Positions 12,226-25,060 of a DNA stretch of 64,000 nt are shown here, piece after piece; the stretch's first letter is position 1, and every line of letters starts with the position of its first letter. Origin of the DNA: Camelus dromedarius. Lineage: Eukaryota. Position numbers and translations under genes: made by a program. The notes beneath the pieces are model-generated. The model did no database searches. It was not told where the DNA came from and was given only the letters and a program-made list of their open reading frames with translations. The stretch spans positions 8,742,001 through 8,806,000 of the forward strand of contig NC_087465.1 of the NCBI RefSeq assembly GCF_036321535.1, given 5' to 3'.

Positions 12226-12734
12226 GGCCCTGCCTGCTGTAGCCTTGAATACTTCGTGTGTGCTTTACTCTGAGAAGCTCAAAGTAGATACATCGAGTCA
12301 TTGGCGCATAGGCTCACAGAAGTAAGGACAATCCATTTTCATCTGATATTTTCATATAAAGCCTTTGGCTCCTCTTTGCTGGCCCAAGAGTTGGGGGCCA
12401 TGGAGAATAGAGGGACAGAGTTGATGAATCCTACACCTTCCCCAATCTGACAGTAGTTCAGAGAAGCATTAGGTCCAGGTGACAGTTTTCAGTGAAGATT
12501 CATCTGCTAACAGACACTCAAGGAACACAACACCTGGGCTGGCCTCTGAACTCCTCGGGTGCCTCTCTGGACACATGGTGCAGGTGAAGGCTCTCAGGCT
12601 CCCTGTCACACCTTGCCCTCTCTCTTTCCACCTCCATGTGGTTTCGGTGTGTTGATCCCAGGTATTTGGTACTTTCATCTCATACTATCAAATCATCCAC
12701 TTGATTGTAATACAATTCTGCATGCATGCCAAGC

Positions 12735-13215
12735 CTGATCACGTCTCAGTTGAAATTATTACAGATCCTAAACAAAGCCTTTTATAGAACTCCAAATTTA
12801 ATATACTTCCTGGTGGCTTTAGGTCACATGACTTTCTCCTTGACCTAAAAATGCTTCCAATTTCCCTCTTGTGGCCTTGAGAGAGCCTGGTGAGTTCTAA
12901 GGGTTCTTCGGTGGCTTGTCTACTTCCCCATGCTCCCTTCCCTCTCTGTTACTGATACTCTACTGATCCACCACTCTTGCCCCTTCTATTGAAGCCAGCC
13001 TGGAACATTCTCAACATTGCCTTACTTAGCATCTCCATGGAACTCCCATGATTAGCTGTTATAGCCTGTGCTGTCACCCTTATCACACACACATATACAC
13101 ACACACACACACATTTCAGCTGGGCTGTCGACCCCTTGAGGGCAGAAGCTATGCCTCGTTCTTCTCTGCACGTTTTATAACATTGAGCAGAGTAACTAAC
13201 ACGGTAAGTTGGTTT
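12735..13215 (+). mobile_element. L2 3' fragments with an (AC)n tract
   Basis: ctgatcacgtctc..., ccccttgagggcagaagctatgcct...; degenerate L2 3' end. Confidence 0.4.
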
Positions 13216-13741
13216 AAAAAGCCTGTGTATCATTCAGTTAAACTTGGGAGGCTTGTCTTCCAGCTTTTCAGGGCCTGGACTCCCCTGAATCCCAACATTC
13301 TCCAGGCAGTGAAGGTCACAGAGACACGTACGTCATGTCTGGCTATTCAGATGCACAAGGATGGCCTTCCACTCATCTCTAATAAAAAGATTACGTCTAT
13401 GGCGGAAGCGTAATTCTTCCAGGAACAGGCCAAAATTGCGCTACAGACCTGGTGGTAAGAGAGAAACAACACAGCATTGTCTCTGCCGTGAGGATATCAC
13501 ATTCAAGGAAGGAAACACACTTCAAGGCTCATCTTAAACTGCAGCAGCAGAGACCCAGCCCTACGCAGAGTGAGATGCAAAGCTGTCGCTGTGGCAAAGG
13601 GACTGGGAAACGCCTCCAGGCTGAGCTCCCTTTCCACGTGTGAAAGAGGACTAGGCTCTCCCCAGCCTCTCTGTGCTCTCTGGACGGCTCCTGTGGCACT
13701 GGAACAGGCATGTCCAAACAAAGCCAACTTTTGAATCAAGG

Positions 13742-14074
13742 TGCCAGACTGAGTATTTGTGTTCCCCCCAAACTTGTATGTTGAACCCAATGCCAGTGTA
13801 ACAGTGCTAGGAGGTGGGGTCTTTGGGAGATGCTTAGTTCATAAGGGTGGGGCCCTCACAGATGGGATTAGTGCCTCATAAAAGGGGCTCCAGAGAGACC
13901 CCGCTCCCCTTCCACGCTATGAAAACAGCCAGCAGGTACTGTCTATGAACCAGAATCTGCCAGTGCCTTGACCTTGGACTCCCCGGTCTCCAGAACTGTG
14001 AACAACAAATTCCTACTGTTTATAAGCCAGGCATCCTGTGGTATTTTATTAAGGTGACCCAACTGGACTAGACC
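13742..14074 (+). mobile_element. MLT1A0-like solo LTR
   Basis: tttgtgttcccccaaacttgtatgttgaaccc...gggattagtgcctcataaaagg...gccagtgccttgaccttggactccc...tccagaactgtgaacaacaaattcctactgtttataagcca. Confidence 0.9.
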
Positions 14075-14606
14075 TAAGGAAAGAAACAGGTTTCCATACG
14101 AGCCCTTCTAAATGCTGTGCCGCTCGGCAGAAGTTAGGAATAATGGAATCCTTGGCAATGGGGTCAGTTGCTTTCAAATTTGTGATTTTGTTTCCATTTT
14201 TCACAATACAAATGCTCCTCTGATTTTCCAGGGTTCATTGAGCAACTGAGAAGAGAATGGGCCCCCCTTTTCAAAGATGTCCAATGTTTTCCCCAAATAT
14301 TTCCATTCTTTATTCTTCCCTGTCTGCACATCATTTTCTCCTGAGCAGACAGCATGCCGTGTGCCAGCTGGACCTGGACTACAGTAGATTTGTTTCCAAA
14401 GTAGGTTTATCTGCAGATCATTGATAAAAGACCAAAGAAAACTGACCAGAAGAAGGTTTTCTAGGAATATATGAAGTAAAACAATTTAAATCTCGACTGT
14501 CATCAGGTGGTAGAAATTTTTTTTAAGCATAGTGTCAAATGCAGATATTACTCTATGTCTACAAATTCACTTTTCAATCTAGTATTCTGATGCCTCCATC
14601 TCCTTA

Positions 14607-14740
14607 NNNNNNNNNNNNNNNNNNNNNNNNNNNNNNNNNNNNNNNNNNNNNNNNNNNNNNNNNNNNNNNNNNNNNNNNNNNNNNNNNNNNNNNNNNNNNN
14701 NNNNNNNNNNNNNNNNNNNNNNNNNNNNNNNNNNNNNNNN
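14607..14740. other. N run, 134 nt (unique flanks)
   Basis: Read directly from the sequence. Confidence 0.99.
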
Positions 14741-15804
14741 TATTTTAAGTAAGACCAAGTGGTTTTAGTTGAATCCCCCCATCTTCACAGCATGTTATTA
14801 ACATCACTGCTTTGTAATTAATAATGTAAGAATTTATTTTCAATCAATAGCACAAGATACTCCAAGCATTGTCAGTGAGTCACTTTTAAGTTATCTGCTA
14901 CCCAGTGCCTATCAAAAATCCTGCTGTTAGAAGCTACATAAAAAAGCAAACAAAAAATTTCTCTGAATGCTCCACAGCAGATCTCCTTCTGTCCATCCTT
15001 CAGCCTCTGGGAACTATATGACTTAAGTCCCTCACAGACTTTTCTCCCTGAGCTGCAGTTTCACTATAAGGGAAATTCCTCCCTGCCTCTGTTACTAAAA
15101 TCGCATGGCGGTGAAGGCTGTGGTCCACTGTCACACATAGGCCCTGTGTAAGCGATTTGCTTTGGAATTCAAAGGACAGAAAAGCTTCGTTTCATCTGGG
15201 GAAGTGGACTGGTGACTGTATGGAGGAATCTGGTGCGAGTTTTTGTCTTTGAAGGCTGACAGCTTTCATGCCTCTCCCCTCCCTGTGCCATCATCTGGAC
15301 CAGCTGATAACAAAGCCTCTCCTTTGGCACCTGTGGGAGACACAAACCACACAAGGCTTCACCCAGACCCCACCTTTAACCACACCACAAACCCAGGCTG
15401 GCCTCCGATCCTTACTCCCCCCCAAGCCCTTCAGCCTGTGAGGGATGTCACGCTCTCCCCGAAGACCTCGCCTGCCTAAGTAACCAGTCCTTTCACACCC
15501 TCTCGGTGTGCGTGGGGCATCATTGGTCTTGACATTCCAAACAAATTTCGGGGGTGGGTCCTTCCTGCTTTGGCCAAGTGACCATCCCAGCTACCTTCCT
15601 TCTGAAGTGGGACTAGATCACGTGTGTCTCCCTTTTGATCTTGACCAACATAAATACCAATAACTCTGGCAACCAGTGTGGGCTGTCTATTTGTGGACCC
15701 CTCCAAGTCAGGCAGGTGGGTACCTTGTGGTTATGGACACAAACTCCCAGACCTTTTTTGGGGCACTCCTGGCACCCTGGACTCCCTTGTCACCAGAATG
15801 TTTA

Positions 15805-15930
15805 CCAGCCTGACCCTCCACTAGATGGTAAGCTCTGCAAGGGCAGATATCTGCCCTTCGTGTTCACCACAGCATTCCCAGTCCCCAGCACAGGGTGGGC
15901 ACTGAGCAAATGTTTGATGAATGAGTAACT
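15805..15930 (+). mobile_element. L2 3' end
   Basis: ccactagatggtaagctctgcaagggcag...gtgttcaccacagcattcccagtccccagcacag...ctgagcaaatgtttgatgaatga. Confidence 0.8.
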
Positions 15931-18359
15931 AAAAGCATGAAATTTAGGTAGAGAAGTGATTTGCATGAAAGCCAAACAAAGATTAATGTGTCACAGGGAA
16001 AAAAAAAAAAAAAAAGGTGTTTCCTCTGTAGCTTGGAAAGTGAGAAATACCCAGTAAAAATCCCAATCTATGACATTCTAACACAGTCAAGCCTCCAGTG
16101 TGACATCTAATTGCCTGGGCCCTGCACCACCACAGCCACCTGCATTGAAATCCTGGTGCAAATCACGGTTTACTTCCCCCAAGTTAAACTTCATTAAATA
16201 TTAGTTTAATTTCATGTTTTCCAGATTAATTTAAGATTAATTCATATCCAGGCATTTGCACAGCCCGAGCAGTATCTCTCCCTTCTGTCATTTCTGTCAT
16301 CTCACAGACAGCAGAAAAAAGGAAAATGTATGGTGAAGAAGCACCATGATGGAGTAAGTAGGGGGAGATTTAATTAAACTATTACATATCTTTTCCTTGA
16401 ATGTGGAAAAAAAACCTCCATAAATTTGCCAGGGAGTAGAGCAGCATGCACATCTGGACGCCTGGTAAACAAAACCTTCGCAGATATGAAAAGCGGTGTT
16501 TACAAGATGACTTGAGCTGAAGATCTGACGCTGTACTTAACCCTACATATTCTTCCTAAGTCTCATAGTGTGTATTTATGGCAAAAGAATCTTTTATCCC
16601 TTGTTGCTAGAATTTTTTTTCAAGGAGAACGAAAAAAAAATGTTAATATTAAATGTCTCTTTTTGTGCATGACTGTTTTTTTTTTTCCCCCCAGAATCAT
16701 AGGGTCTTAGGGCTCAGAGATCCTGGGGGTTGTGGGGAGTGGTGATCCTTACTGATAATCATTCCATCAACCCTTTGTTCTTAAATACAGCTTCACTCTG
16801 CTTCAATAATTTCCTTAGATAAAAAAGCGCATTTAAAAATACCTCACTTCAAAAGTATAAACCTGGAATGTGAAAAACAAATGCATATTACAACTGGACC
16901 AAAATATTTACATGATGTAAAACACTGAATAAATAAACCATTAGAGTAGGTCCTCTAGCACTGAGCAAATGGAATCCAATAGAACAGCTGCTAATATTAT
17001 CTTCCCTCATAAAGAAAAACCTTGATGACTCATTTAGAGCTTCATAAATTGTAGCCTTTTCCCTGCTTGGTATAAATGGGGTTTTCCATCCAGTCTGTTA
17101 TTCGGTGTACAGTGCTAGGCCTCACATGCATATCGTTACCAGTGTAAGGTCCTACTTGCCCATTCTAGCTCCTAGATCCGGAAGCTCCCCATCCACCCAA
17201 GCACCATGCACCTCATCCAAGCAAATTCACTAAAACAAAGCTGAAAAAAAGACACACATTTTAGTGGCAATCTAATTCCTCCTATTTATTTTTTCATAGG
17301 CCCAATTCCAAGAGAGCAGGGTTTTTTTCAAAATATATACGTGTATATATAATGCATTACAGAAGAATCACAAGAAAATTATTCTTAAGAAATAAATCAT
17401 TTCAAAAAAATTTAAAGTTTGTGTGTATTCCTCTGAAATTTCACCCTTCTCCTTTCCTTTTCCTGAGATAACTGCTTCTTTATACTGGCTCCAGCTGCCT
17501 AACCCCATTGTCTTGGTGACAATTCAGAACCCCTTCTGGCCTTGTTCTCCAGCGCTGTCAACATTTCATTGGATGGCTTGAGTGATCGGTCCTGGTTTGG
17601 TCTCCCCAAGGAGTCTTCAGTGAGAGAGCCCTTGTGCTCTTCCCAGACCTGTAATACTGCTACCACCCAGGCAAGCACCCCGTGAAGAGGAAGGGTGAGA
17701 CTGGTCCGCCATTCACCATTCCCTCTACAATACGGGGAGCGTTGTAAAGGGTAGCGATCAATAATATTTCTGAGTGTCTTAATTAGTCTGAAACTGTACA
17801 GGAAGAAAACAGAAAAGAAAAACATCTGTGGCAAGTCTACCATCCCCTCTTCAATAAGAGAACTAATAATTCTAAATTATCAAGGGATCCATCATTCAGT
17901 TTAGAGCATGTAGATGAGACCATGAGGATTTACGGCATTTTTAGGGATTTAGACTCGGGACATGTAACTCAATGCCACAAAACCATGAGCAAACTTCATG
18001 ACTTACAAGCTTTCTGCAGAGATGAATTACCACTAATGAACAAAGATGAAGCCAAGAAAAATAACGGAAGGTGATATGTTAAAGGCCTCACACCAAAGCT
18101 TCTTCATATAGATCTTTAAAAGTCCAAGTCCTTCATGTTAACCATGCATGGCCAAGGCAAGGACAGGATTCTTCGAGAAAGCATTGACCAGATTAATGTA
18201 AACAGAACCATGCCCCTCCCAGTGTCCCATGTCTTCTTTGAAATGTGTGTAATAATCCAGGTAAAAATCAATGTAATCAACAGAATTTCTTATACTTTAA
18301 TAATTGACGAAACCACAGTGAGGAAACATTGGCATCACATAGTAAATTTGAATTTTCAC

Positions 18360-18870
18360 CTACAACTCAGTAATTCTACATATACCCTGATTTACCCTAA
18401 ATATATACCCATAACTTATTTCACAAGTAAGAGGTATGTACAAGAATGTTCATGGTAGCATTGTCTGCGAGAGCAAAAACTGGAACTACTAAAACCCACA
18501 GACAGGAAGCTGAATAATTCTGGAACATTTATACCTGGATTACAACACACATAAGAATGAATAAACCAGAGTTATATGTGTCAATGTGGATGAGTCTCAT
18601 TAACTTACCAAAAAAGGGGCAAGTAACAAGATAATACATAGAGCAAAATTCCATTTTGCCAAACCCAGAAAAAACTCAAATACATTGTTTAAGATTACAT
18701 ACAATCGCATAGAGCAAAACTATAAAGAAAAGTAAGAGAATAACTCACACAAAACTCATTATGATGGCTACTTAGGGAAGGAGGGAAAATGAGGATGCAG
18801 TTTTGGAGGGACATATGGTAGGCCTCAAAGGAACTGGTCATTTTCCATTTCTTAAGTTGGGTAGTGGGCA
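18360..18870 (+). mobile_element. Old L1 (L1ME/L1MD-type) 3' fragment
   Basis: gtacaagaatgttcatggtagcattg...aaaaactgg...aagaatgaataaacc...tggatgagtctca...ggtcattttccatttcttaagttggg. Confidence 0.75.
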
Positions 18871-18919
18871 AATGGGGTGTTAGTCCTTAAATTTCATTTA
18901 AAAATTATTAAATTTAGTA

Positions 18920-19090
18920 CCCATAAGAATTCCTGTTTAAAACATAAATTCTCAGGACCAGTTCTCAGGGGTTTAGTAGGTTCGAGGGGCAGGAGGATAC
19001 CTCAGGTTCAGCCTTTTTAAACAAACATCCCAGGAGCACCTGCTGGTGGTCCATGCAGGGCCGTGGACCACCCTATGAGCAATACTAGAT
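18920..19090. mobile_element. MER5-type hAT-Charlie element
   Basis: aaattctcaggacc...tttttaaacaaacatcccagg...ggtggtcc...ggaccaccctatgag. Confidence 0.6.
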
Positions 19091-21962
19091 TATGCTTCCT
19101 GAGTTATCAAGGCTTCTACCAAAGGTTTATGGACTTTCTTTTTCAAATGAAATCTTATTTTAAAAAAAACAAGTTTGTAAAAAGGATCAAAACAAAGGGG
19201 TTCTGGTTAGCATGGGGAGGCCCCAAGACTTGTTTTTTGGTCTTTCCTGTCCCCCTACGATTGCAGCCCTGGGAGCAGCTCTGGAATCTATAACTCTATT
19301 AGCAATGGCAAAGAACCTCCCATGTCAATCCCATTCAATGTATTTCAAAATAAAAAGAAGTCATTATGCAGGCTTGACTATAATACAACAGACAGCTAGA
19401 AAATAAACTTTGGGTATATTTTAATCAGAATTTGTAAAATGTGTTTACTAGTATGGCTTGATTATGCACACAGTTTTCGTATGTGAAAGAAAAATGTCTG
19501 GCACATAGTAGGTATGCAATACAGTTTATGTGAATTGGTACTTGATTCATTCAGAACCTTTGATAAAATAGGATTTAAGGCAAGAGATGTTACTCTGTGA
19601 TTCTAAGATTTGGGTGCAATTTACAGCATAGTGATAGCCACAGTTTCTTCCACTGGAATGCTTCCAGGCAACAAAAGTAATGGATTTGTTAAGTTACCCA
19701 TGGCAAACCACAGCACCCTGACCACCTGCTGAAAGAAAGAATTTTCTAGTCACAAATGTAGTTTGAACATGCTGTCTAGAGCAGATTACTCTGCACAAAA
19801 CATGTAGCCAAAGTGAGAAAGGGATGGAATGGAATATTCAAATAGGAAAGAGTAAGTGGGCGGCTACATATTGGTGTAAATGGAGCATCATGTAGAGAAA
19901 TGTGTTCTTTCTTTGTGAATTTACATTTTATACACCAATCATACAATTAATACTAGGCCATAAGCAAAACTTCATGACATGGTTTTGGAGACAGTTCGCT
20001 AAATTGTTGCCACATACAGAGTCTCTCCCCACCAAACACTGGTCAAGACTTACACGATCCGTAATGGCAAAACAAACACAAAAGTTAGCATTCTGGGTTA
20101 AAACCCTTCTCCTCATAAGCCCATTGGTTTCTGTTGATTCTCTTGGCCTTCACTCAAGAGAAGCTGGCATGGGCTGTTGCCTAGCAATAGTATGCAGCGC
20201 ACGTATCTACCAGCCCATGGAAACGCTGTCTCTGGACTTCACGCCATTCAGTACCATGGTTTTGTAGATGATGACGATCTCTTAGGAACTTTCCTTCCCC
20301 CTCTTCAAATGAGTGCTTGAAGAAGGTTATTTTAATACTTACTGCATCACAAACATTGTACTTGGCTTAACAAAGACCAGGAAACACAAAGGGACATCCT
20401 TTGTAACCCATAACTTCTTTGACCAATGACAGAGGAACCAGTAGAATCATACATCTTACTGAGAATTACAGTAGATTTTCTTTGAATGAACTGTGACTGT
20501 CTCATGCCACCCATACTGATGTTTAATTAATGCCGCCAATGTGCCAGAGGTAGGACTAAGTGTTATTGTATCTTAATAACACAGACACTGTTTCTCTCTT
20601 CACTGAACTTATTTGCCTATTCTTGAATCTTCCTGGAGGTTAAATGTTCACCCCCCTAAAAATACATTCCAAACCTGGTGTATTCCAGCCAAAGGGATGT
20701 CTTATTTTTTAAAACCAATAAATATTTTCAAGCCTAATTCAGATGACTACAACCTCGTTGGTCAGGACCAGATGAATCCAAGTTAGACACTCCAGAAAAT
20801 GCAGTCAGATGACCAGGAATCCTATCTGCGTGAGGTACCATGCCTCACAGAAATAGTAACAGGATTTTTGAGACTCGCAGTCACGTCACATGACTGAGAC
20901 TCTTGAATCAAAAACAAAGGATGAGAGTTTTCCTAGGTATCTCTGAAAGGCCAGAAACTAACTTACCAAGCTGCAGGAGGGAGTTAAAGAACCAGTGTCC
21001 ACCCTGCATCCCAGCCGACAGGCCAAGGACCCCCAGAGATTGCACTGAGAGCTTCATTCCAACATCCTCTAACCTACTCTGAGAGAAGTGTGTTCTCAAA
21101 TCCTCCACAGAGGTAGAACCAAGAGACCAAGATGACTGTCTGAGAACCCAAAGGAGCTCTGGATACTTAAGTCTTCTTTAAAGAGCCATATCACTTAGGA
21201 AAAAAGCACCTCCAATCTGAGGAACAGCAAAACAAAGCTACCAGCAAATGTTTGGGAGAAAAAAATAATGACAGCATAAAAGAAACACACTTACTGAACA
21301 AAAGCATGAGATACTAAGACTTCTAGGACAGGGACAGGGGACCCTGGGGTAAGAAGACGAGTGTTAGGACCAAACATCTCGTGACCGTTCTAGAAGTTTA
21401 TATAATCGTTCTTTATTAGAAATATATAAACAGATCTTGAGAAAGTAGTGATGGTCAAGGTAATCTACCTATGAGCCAGCTGCTATTCAAATCTGTCACA
21501 ATGTAAACCTAAATCCACAAAGCTCACCTGCTCGTGAACGTGTGGAGGGCATCTTCAGGGCCCTTCGGATGTGCTAGACCAGAAATGGGTGAGACATTTT
21601 TTAACATTTCAGGAAGGAAATCTCACTCCTTCCAGCCCAGGAGAATGGGAGAAGGAGGGAAGGATGGGGAATGGAGGGTCGATTCAGTGTCCTCACTTGA
21701 CCCCCTCCTCGGCCCCATTACCAAAGTGAAAACCAAAGCAGAGGGGATCTCTCCGTGTTCTGGGCAGGACTCAGAGTGGCCCCACACAGCGGATAGGATC
21801 CCAGGAAGGGCTGGTTTCACTCCCCTGGTTGCCCTCCCCTCCTGTGCTCCTGCGTGCCCTTTGGAGGAGCCAGAAGTCAGCAGATGGCACAGAAGGGGAG
21901 TCACAGGCAAACCTCAGGAGGAGAGGGAGAGGGGCAAGTGGGCCGCATCAGCAGGAGGATCC

Positions 21963-22352
21963 TGTGAGTGAAAAATGCCTTCAGCCACATCGGTAAACTA
22001 AGGAAGCTGCAGCCATCAAGTCACTGCAGCCACCCTCAACAGTACCCCCTGGGGGGACTCAGGGTGGAAAGAACAGGACACCAGCCCTAGGGAACTGAAG
22101 TGCATACCAAAGGCATGATTTCAACGAGCACAGACCCTTGCAACTTCCCATATACAGAAAAGCACTAATTTCCAGTAATCTTTTGATGTTCTGACCACCT
22201 GGTCTTTGTTGCAAAAACTCCTTATCCTGGCTCCTCCCTTACCTCTTCAGAGCTATTCTGAGAGGCTGCCTGTTGGGCTTGAAGTCCTCAGAAAGTCCGC
22301 CGAATAAAACATAATTCTCAAATTTTAGGTTGTATTTTTTTTTCAGTTGACA
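21963..22352 (+). mobile_element. ERV1 solo LTR, ALTR2-like (artiodactyl)
   Basis: TG...CA ends (tgtgagtgaaaaatgcc ... cagttgaca), ccgaataaaacataattctc near the 3' end, and internal ctggctcctcccttacctctt and ggtctttgttgcaaaaactcct. Candidate 4-bp TSD atcc/agcc. Confidence 0.85.
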
Positions 22353-22699
22353 AGCCCCAGGCCCTGACCACCAGGGAACATGCCAGGAGTTCAGCAGCCG
22401 GTGCCGGAGGGTCCCACTGCTGCAGAGTCTGGTACAGAGGTCCACGCAGGCAGACGCACACACGCGCCCGGGCACACACATGCACCTGCCAATCTGATCC
22501 TGTCTAACTCTACAGCCTGTTCCCCACCCCCACTGCCACCAGAGGCCCACAGCACCCTGTACCCCTCAACCATTGTAATGCCTCAGAGGTGAAATTCTGG
22601 GCCGAAGCCCCATCCCTCTGCCCTGCAGTTATGTCTTAAGGATCCTTTATCCTCTTGTCCACTTAATAACTTTGATTCTACAAACTCTAACTCTAGCCT

Positions 22700-22915
22700 C
22701 TCCCTCCATGAAGACTTGCCAGTCCCTCAGGCCAAGGTGATCACTCATCTCTTTGCATCTTGTCTGTTTCTCTATGGTAGAAATCATAGGGTGTTTTTGT
22801 TTAATTTTATTTCCCCATCAGACTGAAAACAGTACCTTACACATCTCCGCATTTCCAGCTCTTAGGACAGTACCTGGATGAGAACAGACACTCACAGCTG
22901 TTCTTTAAGTGAATT
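22700..22915 (+). mobile_element. L2 3' fragment
   Basis: ttccccatcagactgaaa...catctccgcatttccagctcttaggacagtacctgg. Confidence 0.45.
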
Positions 22916-22974
22916 TATAGAAATTGACATAATAGAAACAGCTTAACCTTTCTGTTAGAAAAAGTGTTTTTGTT

Positions 22975-23170
22975 AAGACCCATTTTAAGCCAGGCACTGT
23001 ACTGTGCACTTTTATATATACAACCTCATTTGACCCTCACCCCAAAATAAAGAGGAAATGTTTTCATTGTCCTTGTATCCAACGCTCCAAGGATCAGAAA
23101 GGATGAAGGAACACCATCCAAGAACATTTAACTAGGAAGTGAGGGCCCGAGTTCAAAGTCCACGTCTTCT
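22975..23170 (-). mobile_element. MIR fragment
   Basis: gccaggcactgtactgtgcactttta...ctcatttgaccctcac...gagttcaaagtcc. Confidence 0.55.
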
Positions 23171-24474
23171 AATTAAAATAGGAGGACTCTTTTGGTATCA
23201 GAGTTTCTAAAGAATTTTCTACACTGCACTCTGCTACTTATAGAGAGGTTCTCGTATAGTAAGAATAACACTGTGTAAACCACAGTTTATATTTTATCTT
23301 TAACATCACCTCATACGATTATAATTTAATAGCATCAATTCACGGTAGTCACTTACATTTTCTATCCTAACAGGTAGTGTAAGGAGGAAACTGGAAGGCA
23401 GGGTGTCACTACCCCCCACCCTCATGGGTAGCCAACACCTTACAACGGTTATTGGGTCTCCATGTGACAATGATCAAAAGAAGAATAAATGTTGTTGGAC
23501 TCAACTGTGAGGTGGCAGCTGCGTGGAATAAGGACTGGAGGGTGACTTTGGTGAAAGCAAGTGTTTTAATGATGGATACATTTTTCAACGAGACGAGCTT
23601 TTCCCAGGCCCTGTTTGGTGTTTCTTTGAGCTCTCATGGTGACTCATGGGTTTGACAAAGCCTTCCCGCACAACTTTGAGGCATTAGGAGGTTGTCAGGA
23701 AACTCACACTTGTGATGGAGATCTGTTTTTGAAGTTGTACAGAATTACCAGTTAATGAGTTCTCGTATTATTCTTTTATAGCTAAGTGCGTCTGGATGAA
23801 ACTCAGCCACAAAAGGACCCGGGTTTGTGCATCATTAATTCTAACGTCCAGAGACATTCCTGGTCTCACTGTCACCTACTCAGTTTGCCTTTTTATTCTG
23901 GAGACCTGATAACTCCAATTAATAGGCTGATTGACAAAATCTTTCATTCTTCTCAAGTAGCTTTTTATTATTGTTATTACTACAGATGCATCAAATCCTC
24001 TAAGCAAGGCTATAAAGCATTGGAGCTGTCTGTCTGTAACAAGCTCCTCCAGTCAAATGCCCAAGTGCCAAGCTGTGGGCAGACATGGAATTATAGAGCA
24101 GATCACAAGTTCTGAAAGCAGTTTTATTCGTAGTAAACACACCCTCAGATAAAAAAGACAATTGGTCAAGCCACAATACTCAAAGGGTCAGCTTGGCCCC
24201 TGGCAGGTAATAATGCTCTAAAAAATATTTCCCAGATAAATAATATGGTTAATAAACCCTCTACCATGACACCAGTTGCAAGATTCTTCAATTTGCTGTC
24301 AAGATATAGATTGTAGAAAGTAGATTTACTTTTTTATTCAGAATAATTTTTAAATTTGCCTAAAAGAACAGAGCGTAATATAACAAATATCCATATTCCC
24401 ATCACTCATAATTAATCAAATGTTAATAGTTTGTCACATTTAAGATTTTTTGATAAAAGTAACAATGGTAACTA

Positions 24475-25060
24475 ACATTTATTGAGGTTGACCATGTATA
24501 GTTAGGATTCCAAGTACTTTACATACATGATTTGATTAAATCTTACAAAAACCCTATGAGACAGTGTTGTTATTACCTCAGTTTTACAAAGAAGAAACTG
24601 AGGTGTGGAATTTTAAGATCAGGCCAAGTCACACAGATGTAAGAGGCTGTATTAGTTTGCTAGGGCTGCTATAACAAAGGACCAAAGACTAGGTGGCTGA
24701 AACCACAGAAATTTATTATCTCATAATTCTGAGGTCAAAGTGCAGAATTAGTTTCTTCTAAGGCCTCTCTCCTTGGCTTGTAGATGGCTATCCTCTCCCC
24801 GTGTCTTCACAAGGTCTTCCCTCTGTGGGTGTCTGCCTTCTAATCTCCTCTTCTTACAAGGACACCAGTCATACTGGATTAGGACCCACCCTAAAGACCT
24901 CATTTTTAATATAATTACCTTTTTAAAGGTCTTGTTTCCAAATACAGTAAGATTCTGAGATCTTGGGGGTTAGAACTTCAAAATATGAATATCTGGGGAG
25001 GGGCCGAGCATAATCCAGTCCGTAACAGACACAGAGCCGGCATTCATTCTCAGGAAGCTG
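24475..25060 (-). mobile_element. MIR interrupted by MLT1B
   Basis: catttattgag...aaccctatgag...ttttacaaagaagaaactgagg...aagtcacacagatgtaagaggc stops at 24647 and resumes as agagccggcattc after 25027. Confidence 0.7.
24648..25027 (-). mobile_element. MLT1B solo LTR
   Basis: tgtattagtttgctagggctgctataacaaag...aggcctctctccttggcttgtagatggc...aaggacaccagtcatactggattagg...ccaaatacagt...cgtaaca. Confidence 0.93.

Noticed and set aside
20053-20290. Protein-like minus-strand frame EIVIIYKTMVLNGVKSRDSVSMGW* and a GTAAGT at 20052-20047
   Set aside because: There is no usable acceptor upstream of the frame and I recognise no homologue.
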